A stretch of DNA of 63,798 bases, the filler included, from Licmophora abbreviata (Eukaryota), in assembly GCA_900291995.1 (NCBI GenBank). It is 10 parts of 10 records of this genome, joined end to end, with 100 filler letters (N's around TTAATTAATTAA, not from the genome) between each part and the next. Parts side by side here need not be neighbours in the genome. Positions count along the whole stretch, not along the records: positions 1 to 20,676 come from OLMU01003281.1; positions 20,777 to 22,065 come from OLMU01003282.1; positions 22,166 to 28,067 come from OLMU01003283.1; 7 more parts are not named here. The stretch is one strand, 5' to 3'. The notes below the pieces were generated by a model. That model was not told where the DNA came from and did no database searches. It worked only from the letters and a program-made list of their open reading frames with translations. This document shows, piece after piece, positions 11,071 through 22,900 of the stretch. The first letter of the stretch is position 1. The number at the start of each line of letters is the position of its first letter. The position numbers and the translations under genes are program-made.

Positions 11071-11258
11071 TGGGTTGTATGTACCTGGTATGATAGAACT
11101 AAGGGGAAGTAATGCTTTGGCAAGGAATGTCTCACGGCATACTCAATACGTCCACACAAGAAGAACAATCATTAAACAGCAGACGTGCAAGACATCGCAA
11201 TACTACTACTAGAGACGACTGCTAAACGCCGAAGCTCATGACAAAGCAAGCCATGTAG

Positions 11259-12567
11259 CTAGAACGAATCGTCCATGAATGCGAAATCATCATCCAAGTA
11301 CGACCCGTCATAGTCATACTCCGGCACAGCTTCCTCGCGCGCCCCAAGCTCCTTTAGCACGCCTACAATGGCCTTGCCCCAAGCTTTGTACCCCCCAATG
11401 GAAATCTCGGTTTGGTCCGACATGAGGTTCTTTTTCAGATTTTTAAGGTCCCATCCATTTTTCTTGTCACGCGAGCCCGTGATAAAGAGCGGAGTGGCAT
11501 CAAAGTACTCCAAGTGATCATGCTTGGAGCAATAGTTTTCCAAGGCACGATTGACCACTTGAATCGACGGCCACACATTGAGAAATTTCTTGGCCATGTG
11601 CTTCTTGGTGCGTTTGGAAACACGCGGCAAGATAGAGTTCACCACCACGATGGAACCAGGACTGCGAGTCTTGAGTTCTTCCGCCAAGCGCAAAATGCCC
11701 AAGACAGTGACTTCCTCGGAGCACTGACCCACAGCCAGGTCATTGGCCCCAATGCTAATCCACCACACGCCAGGATCGAGATATTCTGGCATTTCATCGT
11801 GATTCAAACGCCAGATGGCATTCGAAGTCTGTACCGATACAGTAGAGTAAACGATAAACATCGCCGTGAGAAGGAAGATCTAGGATTGCACTGACCTCAC
11901 GCTAGAGTTCGCGCGACGCACAACCCATACTTACGGAATCTCCGGCAATGCCCAAGGCGAGTCCTTCAATGTTTGATCCCCCCTCTTTGGTAAGCGTCTT
12001 GTTAAAAAAGTTAGAAATCGCCGGTCCATCTGGAAACGGTTTGCCCAACAAACGTCCGTTCAATGCTTCAATGGTTTCGTCTCCAACAAAGACGACGTTG
12101 AGGTTCTTGACACTAGCCGCTGCCGCAATGTCCTTGTTGAGACGATGCGCATGGGCCCATCCCTTGACTTCTCCTCGAGGAGAGGGAAGATTCGGATCCA
12201 GACAAGTACAGGAATCATCGTCCCCGAACAAGCACCAGTGATCCACGTTCGCCATCTTCAAGGCATAGAGGGAATTGATCGCACTGTAGTCATGCTGCAT
12301 TCGAGGCAAGTGCGTTTTCATGGTGGACCGGTAGGCCACAAAGTCAAAAAAGAGAATAATGACGACCATGAAGGCAATCACCCCGAGCGTAGTGGACACT
12401 GTGCGATAATACAAGGCGTAGGCAACAATCAGGGCGCAGAGCGACTGGCAAAATTCCACGGGAGAGCGAGCACGAGGCTCTTGCTCTTGTTGTTTCATGA
12501 GGCCATCGCCATGCCCCAAGGTGGGCTCCAGTTCCATTGCTTGCATGCCATTGTCGGGATTCATCAT
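11259..12567 (-). CDS. Type II membrane SGNH/GDSL hydrolase-like protein (PAF-acetylhydrolase IB-like); exons 12567-11935 and 11828-11259
   Basis: A GT-AG intron at 11934-11829 joins ALGIAGDS|TSNAIWRL. WWISIGANDL is SGNH block III. There is an N-terminal TM segment. Confidence 0.85.
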
Positions 12568-12678
12568 GTCTGTTTTACAATGCTGGTCAAGGAGTGAGTG
12601 AGTGAGTGAGTGGAGAGGAAGAGGGAAGACGAGACGGCAAAAATGACGATTGCGCGTTGGCGGTTTCGCCGTCTCGAT

Positions 12679-12743
12679 CATTGCAATGATTGTTTAACAG
12701 TTAAGGTGAATTTTGATATGAGTAATACAAGAAACGAGGTCCT
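12679..12743. repeat. 65-bp dispersed element, copy 1 (copy 2 at 63074-63138)
   Basis: CATTGCAATGATTGTTTAACAGTTAAGGTGAATTTTGATATGAGTAATACAAGAAACGAGGTCCT; 62/65 identical to copy 2 by manual alignment. Confidence 0.92.
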
Positions 12744-12980
12744 TTCGTCGCCACCAGCCGCGCGCGGTCACCCGTCACAAGACTCGAACTACACGGGAGC
12801 TTGACGAGCTGAACCTACGTAGAACTCTGTAGCATATGTACGAGCTACGTACTCTCGGTACCAGCGCCTACCCCGGAGATCTTCGCCCGCGAGACTGCAG
12901 AGGAGAGGCCGACGACAATAGTGTCTCTTGCCTGTTTCGCTTGTTTTCTCGTTCCTTTCACTCAAACGCACATTTCCACC

Positions 12981-13652
12981 ATGGGAGGAGGAGAAGAAGG
13001 CCCCAAAAATGTATGGGGAGAGCCACTGGATAGACCAAGTGTCATAGAAGGCTCCTGTTTTAGCCGAACTTCCAACTCGCTGGTACGTGCGTCGCGTGCT
13101 GCCATGTTCCCTTGAGTCGAAGTAATCCAATCCAAACTTAACGATCGAGCTATTCATTTTTTGGTCGTTCTCTCCTCTTAGATTGCCGGAGCCGCGGCGG
13201 GGACCTTCTTTGGAGCTTGTCAGATTGCTTGGTTTCCAGACCCCCTACCATCCGCCAAGGGCGTGACGGTTGTGGGACGCACAGAGGCAAGTGCCGTTGC
13301 TCGTGTGCTCATTCGACCCGCCACGTACATGGCCCTGGCGGGAGCCTCGTTCTGCGCCGTCGAGTGTTTGGCAGAAGGCGCTCGTAACAAGAAGGATTCC
13401 TGGAACTCTGTGATGGGAGGCATGGCGGCAGGTGTCGTCATGGCCAGTGTGACGAAACGATTTGACCTTATGGCCAGTACGGCGTTGGGAATGGGATTGC
13501 TGATGGGTACGACGGACTTTATTGGTCCTTCGACGGTGGTCTTCCCGGAACTGAAACGCGCAAGAGACCAAGGTGTTTTGCCCAAGACACATGTGGAAAG
13601 TGAAGCGCTAGCGGCCCTGAAGGACAAGTACCCGAAATTTAAGCACTTGTAG
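12981..13652 (+). CDS. Tim17/Tim22-family protein, probably complex I subunit NDUFA11/B14.7-like; exons 12981-13082 and 13182-13652
   Basis: A phase-0 intron GTACGT...TTAG (13083-13181) gives a continuous frame. FCAVECLAEGARNKKDSWNSVMGGMAAG is the Tim17-family motif. Confidence 0.8.
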
Positions 13653-13830
13653 TAGAGAAGAAGGATGAAAAAGGTAGCATGGTAGTATTTATTATTATAA
13701 CAAACGAGTGATGACCTCTGGACATCTACGGGAGCATTCTACATGAGCTCTGGCGGTAGAGGGCGGTCGGTGCACCTTCCCATACCTCGCTGCTTTGAAT
13801 GGTCACATTGTATGTTTACAGCACTGTCAG

Positions 13831-16368
13831 TCAGGGTTGGAAAAGCCCGGTATCTTGAGGACAGATCCAGCGCGTTTGCACCAGTTTCTCGAGGCGGGGA
13901 TTGCCATCCGGTTGGTATGCGTCCAACAAGCACCGGCTGACCGAGTTTTCGATGGCTGTTTCCCAGTCTGGGAAGTGCTTGGACATCTCAGGTCTGCGTA
14001 ACAATTCCTCGGCTAGTATGGAAGCAAGTGTTTGAGCCGCCAACCATCTTCCGCTCAGTCCTGACGGGTGCGTGCCATCCGGAAGAATATTCTTGAATCC
14101 ATGCACAATTTCGGGGCATTTTCCTTTCTCGAACGTTGGGCACGTCAAACGATGCCAAGCCACAACTGTGAACGCGATTCGTGGGGTGCTGTTCTTGTTC
14201 TCGCATGCCCGATCCTTCAAAAATGATTGTATCAACTCCCCCTCGTACTTTAACTGTCGTATGCGACGCTCGATGTGCTTACCCGCTGACTGTGTCAGGT
14301 AATGTATATTCTTGACTCCAAACTCTGCAGCTTGTCGTGCGAAGTTGTTCATTGCCTCTAGTCTCAGTTCCGCATCAAGAAATCTTCTTCCCGAAAAAAT
14401 TGGATCGGAAAACCAGTGCGAATCGTGCAAGATTACCGAGTCTGGTCTCGAAAGCGGGATATAGCGTAGAACACTAGTTCGCATTTCCCGGTAGGCCTCG
14501 GAACACATTATTCCATCTTTGAGCGTTTCATTGCAAGGCAAAAAGTAGTTCACAGTGTATGACTCTGGTTGTGCCAGGTTCATAATATCAACCGAAGCAA
14601 AACCGGGAGCGTCGTTCTCGATCGTAGATGTTAGACAACCTCGCACCACCTCCTTGAAAAGCTCCCCCAATCTACCAGCGACACTTTCTCCAAGTGTAGT
14701 AATGTGCTCATGGTTTTTACCCGACGTCTTCGTATAGTTGTCAAGCTGCAGTCGTTGCTCATCCGCATCCCTCCCCATGATCCACGCGGTCTCAAGCTTG
14801 TCCACATCGTTCGTGGTTGGATTTGTCACGCCCGAGTAACAAACATCAATAATCTTGGCAGTGCACATGGCCCCAAACAAGCCTGAGGCCACTACATGCC
14901 ACGATCGCCGCGTCCGAGCAGCAAAGAGAATCGGTTTCGCGAAATAGAAAAAGCTGATCCATCCAAGCGCCACAGATACAAGTAGGAGCAATCCATCTCG
15001 CACTACGGCCGGCAAGTATGAGTGACTTTCCTCTTCGTCATCCAAAGTCTCCATGTCTTCTCTACCTTTCTCAGAGATAGCATGATTCACAGGATTCCCA
15101 AAGAAGCAAATGACGGGCCAATGGATAAGATAAACTTCGTATGAAACAAAACCCATAATGATGAAGAACTTGCTTGACAAAGCGCGGCTAAAGACTGCCC
15201 AACGAGGGAGGGGTTCGCTGATCTGGAGCGACCCCGCAACGGCGAGGACACAAAGCGCAAGACTGTAGGGAAGGCGAAAGTAGTAGAAATACAAATGGAG
15301 CATATCATCGAGCGGCAATGGAATGGCGCCTGGCAACACCACAAGGCAAATGGCGCTAGCCCAGAAGACCTCCAAAGTGACGCGGAATCTAGTCGACATT
15401 GGCTTCAGACCCGGTTGCTGTCTGAATCGCTCGTAGATCGCGGGGTTTAGTCTCACCAGCAAGTAGACGAGACCACCGCACGCAATGTCCCCCATGCGCG
15501 ACCAAGTTGAAAAGTATGCCGCAGACATGCCCATTTTCGAAATCGTAAGCCAAGAGGAGAAGTAAGAAAAGAGAATTACAAATAGCTCCGCGCAACACAA
15601 GGCTTTGAACAATCCAGTTGCATCCCCCACCTGGACTTGTCTCGGAGCGCTTACTAGCGAAACTTTTTCTTGTTCTTCTTCGCTACTATTTTCTCCTTCT
15701 GTCTCGGCATCGTTCGGCCCATCGATTTCTGGTGCCTGTAACTTTCCTGGCGTCTCCGGGTGTGACCTAGCTCTCGTAGTAGCATTTTCTGCTGACGATG
15801 CTTTGATACCGTGTGGGAAATACTTGGTCCAGAGAAAAAGGACGAGCGGCCAGATGAGGTAATATTGCTCTTCGATGGACAAGGTCCATAGATGCCGCGT
15901 GATGGAGGGCTTCCCACCGAGAAAGTAGTCATCCTTCTTGACATACACCAAATTGTAGTTGGTAAGAAACGGAATGGCCCAAAGGAGGTCCCTCCCCTCG
16001 TACCATAGAACAGCTTCATCTTCACTACGACAAAATCGGGAAGCTGCGCACATCAACAAGAGGAGAAAGAGGCTGGGAAAGAGTCGTCCGACCCGTCGAG
16101 ACCAAAACTTGACAATATTCACTGTTCCCGTCTTTTCAAAGGCCTGCAAGGTGATACTGGTAATCAGCAGACCCGAAAGACTGAAAAAGACTGAAATACA
16201 GAGCCAGGAGTGGCGCGTGTAGCGGTATCCCAAGTGATACAGGATGACAAGTAATACGCCGAGTCCTCGGAGGCCATCGAGGTTGCTCAGGTAGGCAGTG
16301 GATCGTTTGACATTCTTGTTTTCTCTCGCCATGATAAAATTAGCATTCGTCTTGTCTTCCTCGACCAT
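13831..16368 (-). CDS. Acyltransferase-3 (OafA/OatA-like) membrane O-acyltransferase fused to a C-terminal SGNH domain
   Basis: LDGLRGLGVLLVILYH, VFFSLSGLLIT, FWSRRVGRLFP, HLWTLSIEEQYY, SYEVYLIHWP; SGNH-like LGES and DGTHP. Single 845-aa ORF. Confidence 0.9.
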   Translation of the reverse strand: MVEEDKTNANFIMARENKNVKRSTAYLSNLDGLRGLGVLLVILYHLGYRYTRHSWLCISVFFSLSGLLITSITLQAFEKTGTVNIVKFWSRRVGRLFPSLFLLLLMCAASRFCRSEDEAVLWYEGRDLLWAIPFLTNYNLVYVKKDDYFLGGKPSITRHLWTLSIEEQYYLIWPLVLFLWTKYFPHGIKASSAENATTRARSHPETPGKLQAPEIDGPNDAETEGENSSEEEQEKVSLVSAPRQVQVGDATGLFKALCCAELFVILFSYFSSWLTISKMGMSAAYFSTWSRMGDIACGGLVYLLVRLNPAIYERFRQQPGLKPMSTRFRVTLEVFWASAICLVVLPGAIPLPLDDMLHLYFYYFRLPYSLALCVLAVAGSLQISEPLPRWAVFSRALSSKFFIIMGFVSYEVYLIHWPVICFFGNPVNHAISEKGREDMETLDDEEESHSYLPAVVRDGLLLLVSVALGWISFFYFAKPILFAARTRRSWHVVASGLFGAMCTAKIIDVCYSGVTNPTTNDVDKLETAWIMGRDADEQRLQLDNYTKTSGKNHEHITTLGESVAGRLGELFKEVVRGCLTSTIENDAPGFASVDIMNLAQPESYTVNYFLPCNETLKDGIMCSEAYREMRTSVLRYIPLSRPDSVILHDSHWFSDPIFSGRRFLDAELRLEAMNNFARQAAEFGVKNIHYLTQSAGKHIERRIRQLKYEGELIQSFLKDRACENKNSTPRIAFTVVAWHRLTCPTFEKGKCPEIVHGFKNILPDGTHPSGLSGRWLAAQTLASILAEELLRRPEMSKHFPDWETAIENSVSRCLLDAYQPDGNPRLEKLVQTRWICPQDTGLFQP

Positions 16369-16702
16369 GACGACGAATTAGTCTCATACAGGAGCAACAA
16401 TTTATAAAAGATTGTTACCGAGCAAGCAAAAGAATAGTTTCATCACGTTGAATGGAGCTACGGAGCTCTTTGCTTTCGAGAAGATGTGCACACTGCACAA
16501 CAGACGACAGAAAAAGTTCAAAAGTTCATCTCTCATCACACAAGGACGGACGACGGACGACGGACGACGGACGACGCATGAAAGGTTCACTTTGCTCGAA
16601 ATTGAAGACATTGACAATCCTCGTAGTAGAATACCTCATATTGCGACGAAGGTTGGGGGACATTCCCATTGTATTCAGCACCTTTGATATTATAAACCGG
16701 TC

Positions 16703-16842
16703 GGCGCGCTAAATATATCGCAATTCCTTCAATTCGGTCGCGCCAAAATTCACTGTATCGCGCACCTTCTCTACAGAGCCGCACCGTATGTTTGACCGTA
16801 GATAGAGTCTAATTCATCCCGAAACCTTTTGGATTTTGGCGC
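16703..16842. promoter_or_regulatory. Three E2F-like sites upstream of POLE
   Basis: GGCGCGCTAAA (16703-16713), CGCGCCAAAA (16739-16748) and TTTTGGCGC (16834-16842) match or nearly match TTTSSCGC. Confidence 0.5.
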
Positions 16843-16936
16843 ATTGTTTCATCACAACTATGATATCACCACAACATCACACATAGGTGTCCTCTTCTTG
16901 CTACAAACTCTACCTCCCGAACGGAACTCTTGCAGC

Positions 16937-19900
16937 ATGGGTCGCCAACGCGTCTTTGGCCAAGCCATGGACAATAAGGCGTCGCGGTACCAACGCCAGA
17001 TGGGCCGTACGCATTCGAAACGCGACACGGAGCTCACGGACGAAGAGCTCCTGGCACAGCGGCGTGCCGAGCGCCGTCGACTTCGTCAGCAACAGGGCGA
17101 ACAGATCGATGCTTCCTTTGGATACGAACGATTCGATCATACCAATGCGGCGCCGAATGAAACGAGACGTGGATGGGTCTTTAACATGCTTGCCACGGTA
17201 AGAATACTATCGTGACAAAAGATTCTGTGTACACCAATGCGATGCACGTACGACACCAGGTTGGATCTCACCATTTTTATTTCATGCCTTTTCTTTTCTG
17301 TCTGTACCCCCAGACGGTCTCCGAGACTGCGACTGCGGAAGAAGCCACTGCGTCAGGACCGGAACGCGCCGCATTGGATCTCTACTTCCGTACCGACTCT
17401 GGATCTACCTTCAAGTCGACCGTCTTGTACAGTCCCTACTTTTACGTCATCCCGTCTCTCCCAGCTCAAGAGGACCACTCCCTCTTTCACGAAGCCCTCA
17501 TTTCGACACTCATGAGACTCTACGACTCTCACGGTCTATCTCAAGTCCAAGTCGTTCACAAGATGGACTTGGATCACGTCAATCACTTGTCGCCGCGTCA
17601 CCGCGAGGGCCGCCCGATGCTCAAATTGAGCTTTGACAACGTCCAACAGCTCATGGACGTGCGCAAGCGCATCCAGCCCATTATTCAAAAGAATCAGAAG
17701 CGACAAAAGGAAGCGCAACTGTCCTTCCACCACCCTACCACGACCACGCAGGATCCCATGGCACGTCTCGTTGACATGCGCGAATACGATGTGCCATATG
17801 TGGTGCGGGTCTGTACCGACTTGGAGATTCGAGCGGGTGCTTGGTATACCGTCACTCCCAATGCCACCTCTCTGGGTGTCACACTGTCGGAGGAAGATGT
17901 GGAAAAGAAGGCCAACCCAACGTACATGGCGTTCGACATCGAATGTACGAAGGCGCCGCTCAAATTCCCCGACGCCAATGTCGATAGTATTTTCATGATT
18001 TCGTACATGGTCGATGGGCAGGGATACTTGATTATCAGTCGGGATGTCGTTAGCCAGGACGTGCAAGACTTTGAATACACACCCAAGCAGTCCTATCCGG
18101 GGCCGTTTCACATCTTCAACGAGGCGAATGAAGAAGCGTTGTTGCAGCGATTCTTTCAAGAGTACAAGCGCCTCAAACCGCAGATCGTCGTCACGTATAA
18201 CGGCGACTTTTTCGATTGGCCGTTTTTGGAGCAGCGTGCGGCGATGTATGAACTTGACATTTGGATGGAGCTGGGAGTAGAAAAGTTGGGAGAGGGCGAG
18301 TATCGAGGACGATGCTCGGTGCATCTCGACGCGTTTCATTGGGTGCAGCGTGATTCCTATCTTCCGCAAGGAGCGCAAGGCCTCAAGGCTGTCACGAAGT
18401 ACAAACTGGGCTACGATCCGGTCGAGGTGGACCCAGAAGACATGGTGCGATTCGCGCAGGAACGACCCGTGCACATGGCGACGTATTCAGTATCCGACGC
18501 TGTCGCCACATACTATCTCTACGAGAAGTATGTACACATGTTTATCTTCTCCTTGTGCACCATCATTCCCATGGGTCCTGAAGACGTCCTGCGCAAGGGA
18601 AGTGGAACGCTTTGCGAAGCTCTCTTGATGGTTCAAGCTTGCTCCAAGTCGATTATTTGTCCGAACAAGCAAGCCGATCCGTTGGCCAAGTTTCACAAGG
18701 GCCATTTACTCGAGTCCGAGACGTACATTGGAGGCAAAGTGGAGTGTCTGGAGACAGGTGTCTACCGCTCTGATGTGGAATATGAGTTCGATTTGAAAGC
18801 GTCTGCGTTTCAGATGCTTATCGACAACATCGATCGTGATCTGACGTTCGCCATTGAAGTGGAAGGAGGCCTTGACAGGTCGAACATTGTTAACTATGAA
18901 GATGTGAGAAGCACGGGAGTTATGTGGTGTCATAAGTCGCGGCTCTTGACGTGTTCTCACTTTCGTCCATCGCTTTCCTATAGGTCCGCTGTCGGATTGT
19001 GGAGCAGCTGGAGATGCTTCGGGACAGACCAAAGCGCGTCGAGAAACCCTACATTTATCACTTGGATGTGGGTGCTATGTATCCAAACATTATCTTGACG
19101 AATCGCCTTCAGCCGAGTGCCATGGTCGACGATGCAACGTGCGCAGCCTGCGACTTTAACCAGGCCAAGAATGACTGCAAGCGCCGCATGGATTGGGTCT
19201 GGCGGGGAGACTACAACCCAGCGACCAGGAGCGAGTACAATGGTGCCAAAGACCAGCTTTCGCGTGAAGTCGTCCAGGATGGCAGGCCGTTCCACAGTCT
19301 GCCTGAAAGGGAGAAATCCGAAATTGTGGCAGATCGATTGAAGACCTACGCTAGAACGGCCTACAAGAAGACCAAAGTCACAAGTGAGGAGACTCGTACC
19401 GATACAGTCTGTATGCGCGAGAATGACTTCTACGTCGAAACTGTGCGCCGTTTTCGTGACCGTCGTTATGAGTTGAAGAAGCTGACCAAGAGTTGGAAGA
19501 AGAAGATTGATAGCGCCGGTGATGCAAGTGGGAAGAAGGAAGCTGCTGACCGTGCGATGGTATACGATTCGTTGCAGGTTGCACACAAGTGTATTCTAAA
19601 CAGCTTCTATGGATACGTCATGCGGAAAGGAGCCCGTTGGCGCTCGATGGAGATGGCCGGTATCGTGACGAAGACCGGTGCTGATCTCATCACCCAAGCA
19701 CGTATTCTCGTCGAGCAAATCGGGCGCCCCCTGGAGCTGGACACTGATGGAATCTGGTGCATTTTACCCAAGAGCTTCCCTGATGTCTACACCTTCACGA
19801 CGCAACATGGCGACAATTTCAAGCTTGAATATCCTTGTATCATGCTGAACGCCGACGTTCACGACAACTTTACCAACCACCAGTACCAGACGCTCAAGGA

Positions 19901-22900
19901 TCCTGCCAGAGGGACGTATGAGTCACGGAGTGAGTGCTCAATCTTCTTTGAAGTGGATGGTCCATATCGTTGCATGGTCCTCCCTTCGAGCACGGAGGAA
20001 GGCAAGCTTCTCAAAAAGCGATATGCAGTCTTCAACTTTGACGGATCTCTCGCCGAGCTCAAGGGTTTCGAGCTCAAGCGACGTGGAGAGTTGGAGTTGA
20101 TCAAGACATTCCAGTCTCAGGTTTTTGAGCGTTTTCTGGATGGAGATTCGCTGGAAGAGTGCTACGCCAGTGTTGCAGACGTGGCCAACCACTGGATCGA
20201 TGTTTTGGACACGCAAGGCGAGAGTCTAGAGACAGACGAGCTCGTTGATCTGATTAGCGAGAATCGAAGCATGAGCCGCCAGCTTGAGGACTACGGGGAC
20301 CAGAAAGGGACCTCTCAAACGACAGCTCGCCGTCTCGGAGAATTTCTTGGGGCTGAAATTATCAAAGACAAAGGGCTAAACTGCAAGTTCATTATCGCTG
20401 AACAACCGTACGGAGCACCGGTCACGGAACGCGCAATACCCACTGCGATCTGGAAAGCCGAACCTGCCGTCATGAAGCACTACCTCCGCAAATGGCTCAA
20501 ATCCCCTGGACTTGGGGCCGAGGAGCTCGACATTCGGAATGTGCTGGACTGGGATTACTACGTACAGCGCCTCTCAAAAACGATTCAAAAGATCATCACG
20601 ATTCCCGCTGCCTTGCAGAAGTTACCAAATCCTGTTCCAAGAGTCAAACATCCTGACTGGCTCTATAGCAAGGTTCNNNNNNNNNNNNNNNNNNNNNNNN
20701 NNNNNNNNNNNNNNNNNNNNTTAATTAATTAANNNNNNNNNNNNNNNNNNNNNNNNNNNNNNNNNNNNNNNNNNNNCTGACTGGCTCTATAGCAAGGTTC
20801 GGCAGCTGAACGATCGATTCCAGCAAAAAAGCATTCGGAGCATGTTCATGCCGAAGACTAAGCTTCTCGGAGATATCGAAGACTTCGGCGCGAGAGGCAC
20901 TGAGAAGCGTCCCGTCGTCCACATGGCAAAACCGCGAAGTCGAAAGAATTCGAAGGCAAACCAAAGTTCTGCGGAACAGTCCGAAAAACCTCGCGTAGAG
21001 TTGTCGAAGGAATGCTTTAGCGGATGGTTGGCACAAAAAAAGGCTCGATGGAGGCGTGAGAGGGTCAATCGGAAGAAGAGAGTTCATGCGACTCGGAGCG
21101 TTGGCACCGTCGAGTCTGGACCCGTCACGAAAAAGTCCAAACTGGCTGCACGCAGCGTTGAAGGATACATTCGAGATGCAGCTCGTGCCCTATCACAAAA
21201 GGAATGGCAGATCGTGGAAGTTCGAGAATTGACTTACGATTCGAGAGGGAATGGCTCTTCGTCTAGTGGGGACTTCGTGTTTTGGGTAATGGTGGGTGCA
21301 GATACGCTCCAGAAAGTCAACGTGACAGTGCCGCGAACTGTGTACGTGACCTGTCGATCTGAGATCAAGACGACCATATCGGATATCGCGCTGAAGAAGG
21401 TTGAGAAGCACTTACCTCACAACAAGGACGCGACCCTCACGTATGAAATTTCGCTGCCAGAGCACATCTTTAAGACGAGGAAGTGGACTCAATTCCTTGT
21501 CCCCGCCAACGTCGGCGAATCGGATCATGCTCTCGAGAGCGTGTTCGAAAGTAAAACTCCTCTGATGCTGCGGGCTCTGATGTCACTTGGCTGTGTTATG
21601 CGGACGGAATCGTCTGAAAGCGTTGGTCGGAAGTCATTCGCGCTGAGCGACCTCCGGCGTGTCGACAATCCCACAGAGGGAGAGTACCTTCACCGGCATC
21701 TGTCGTACAAGCGAATCTTCCTCTATGTAAGCGTAAACTCGAGAACCAAGACTGGCATAGTTTCTCTCTTCACGATGGGCTACTGGGATGGAACGAGTAT
21801 GCACTCGTCCGAAGGCGAGGAGGATGAAGATCAACTGCATCGTCACGACCTGACGAGACCCTCAGCGTCGCCAAAACGCTCTTTCAAAATGAGTGCATCG
21901 TGTCATGTGTGGATAGTCAAACCGGGATCAAGTAGATCGAACCAACGGAACATCACAGCAAAAGGCTGTGAACAAACCTTTTCCAACCTTCTCGATACAA
22001 TTCAGCATCTGTCGACCGAAGCGGAGACTAGTGGGCAGACGACTGAATATAGCTGTGTTTCACCGNNNNNNNNNNNNNNNNNNNNNNNNNNNNNNNNNNN
22101 NNNNNNNNNTTAATTAATTAANNNNNNNNNNNNNNNNNNNNNNNNNNNNNNNNNNNNNNNNNNNNCAAAGTGTAACATTTCGAGTCTAAACTTCTCCAAC
22201 AGCGAAGAAGACGCGCTGGGGGCTGCAAACGAGGTAATCAGCGCGTACAGCAAAGGCAACAACGGCCCTACTTTCCTTCTCTTGAACAGCAGCAAACCCG
22301 TCAAACAACTGCGAAAGGCCGTCCCCACTCTCAATGCTTTTCCCGTGGTAACTCTTCCTTTCCCACCTGGTCCTGCTCACAATCCATCCATGGTTACTCT
22401 TCCTGCGCTCAACTGGGAACAGCCTGCTATGCAGATTTGTATGGAAGCCTACTTTTACATGGGCGCTGTATCATTCCCGAAGCGTGTCATGTTCTCGAGA
22501 TATGGGCGCGTACCTATGGGGAACCTCGGTCAGGATGAAAGCGTTGCGCTGTATGACATTGGTCTGGCACGCCAACTTGTGAAGAGTAGATCCCTCCTTT
22601 GGGCAAGCGAGACACCCGGCTCACCGGACTTGGGAGTGGATTTTCTTCCTGCAGATGACGGAGGAGAATTCCCTCCCGGCAGCGCCAATGGAATGCACTC
22701 AAACCAAAACGATCTATGGGGCGACGAAGACGAGCTAGTCAGTCCTGTCATTCGCCGTCCAGGATCGTATCGCTGCGTATGCGCCGAGATCGAGTTACAC
22801 GACGTGGCGATTGCAGCACTCACAGATATCTCCTCTGCCTCTACCATTGTCGCCGCGAACGGGTCAGGGTCGCACTCCGAAGGGCTGAACCGTCCATCTC

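Noticed and set aside
16544..16576. (GGACGAC)n short tandem repeat upstream of the AT3 gene
   Set aside because: GAC-rich simple repeats are common throughout these intergenic regions.
20721..20732. Recurrent TTAATTAATTAA palindrome (nine copies)
   Set aside because: Always centred in 44+44 Ns; it is a synthetic six-frame stop linker.
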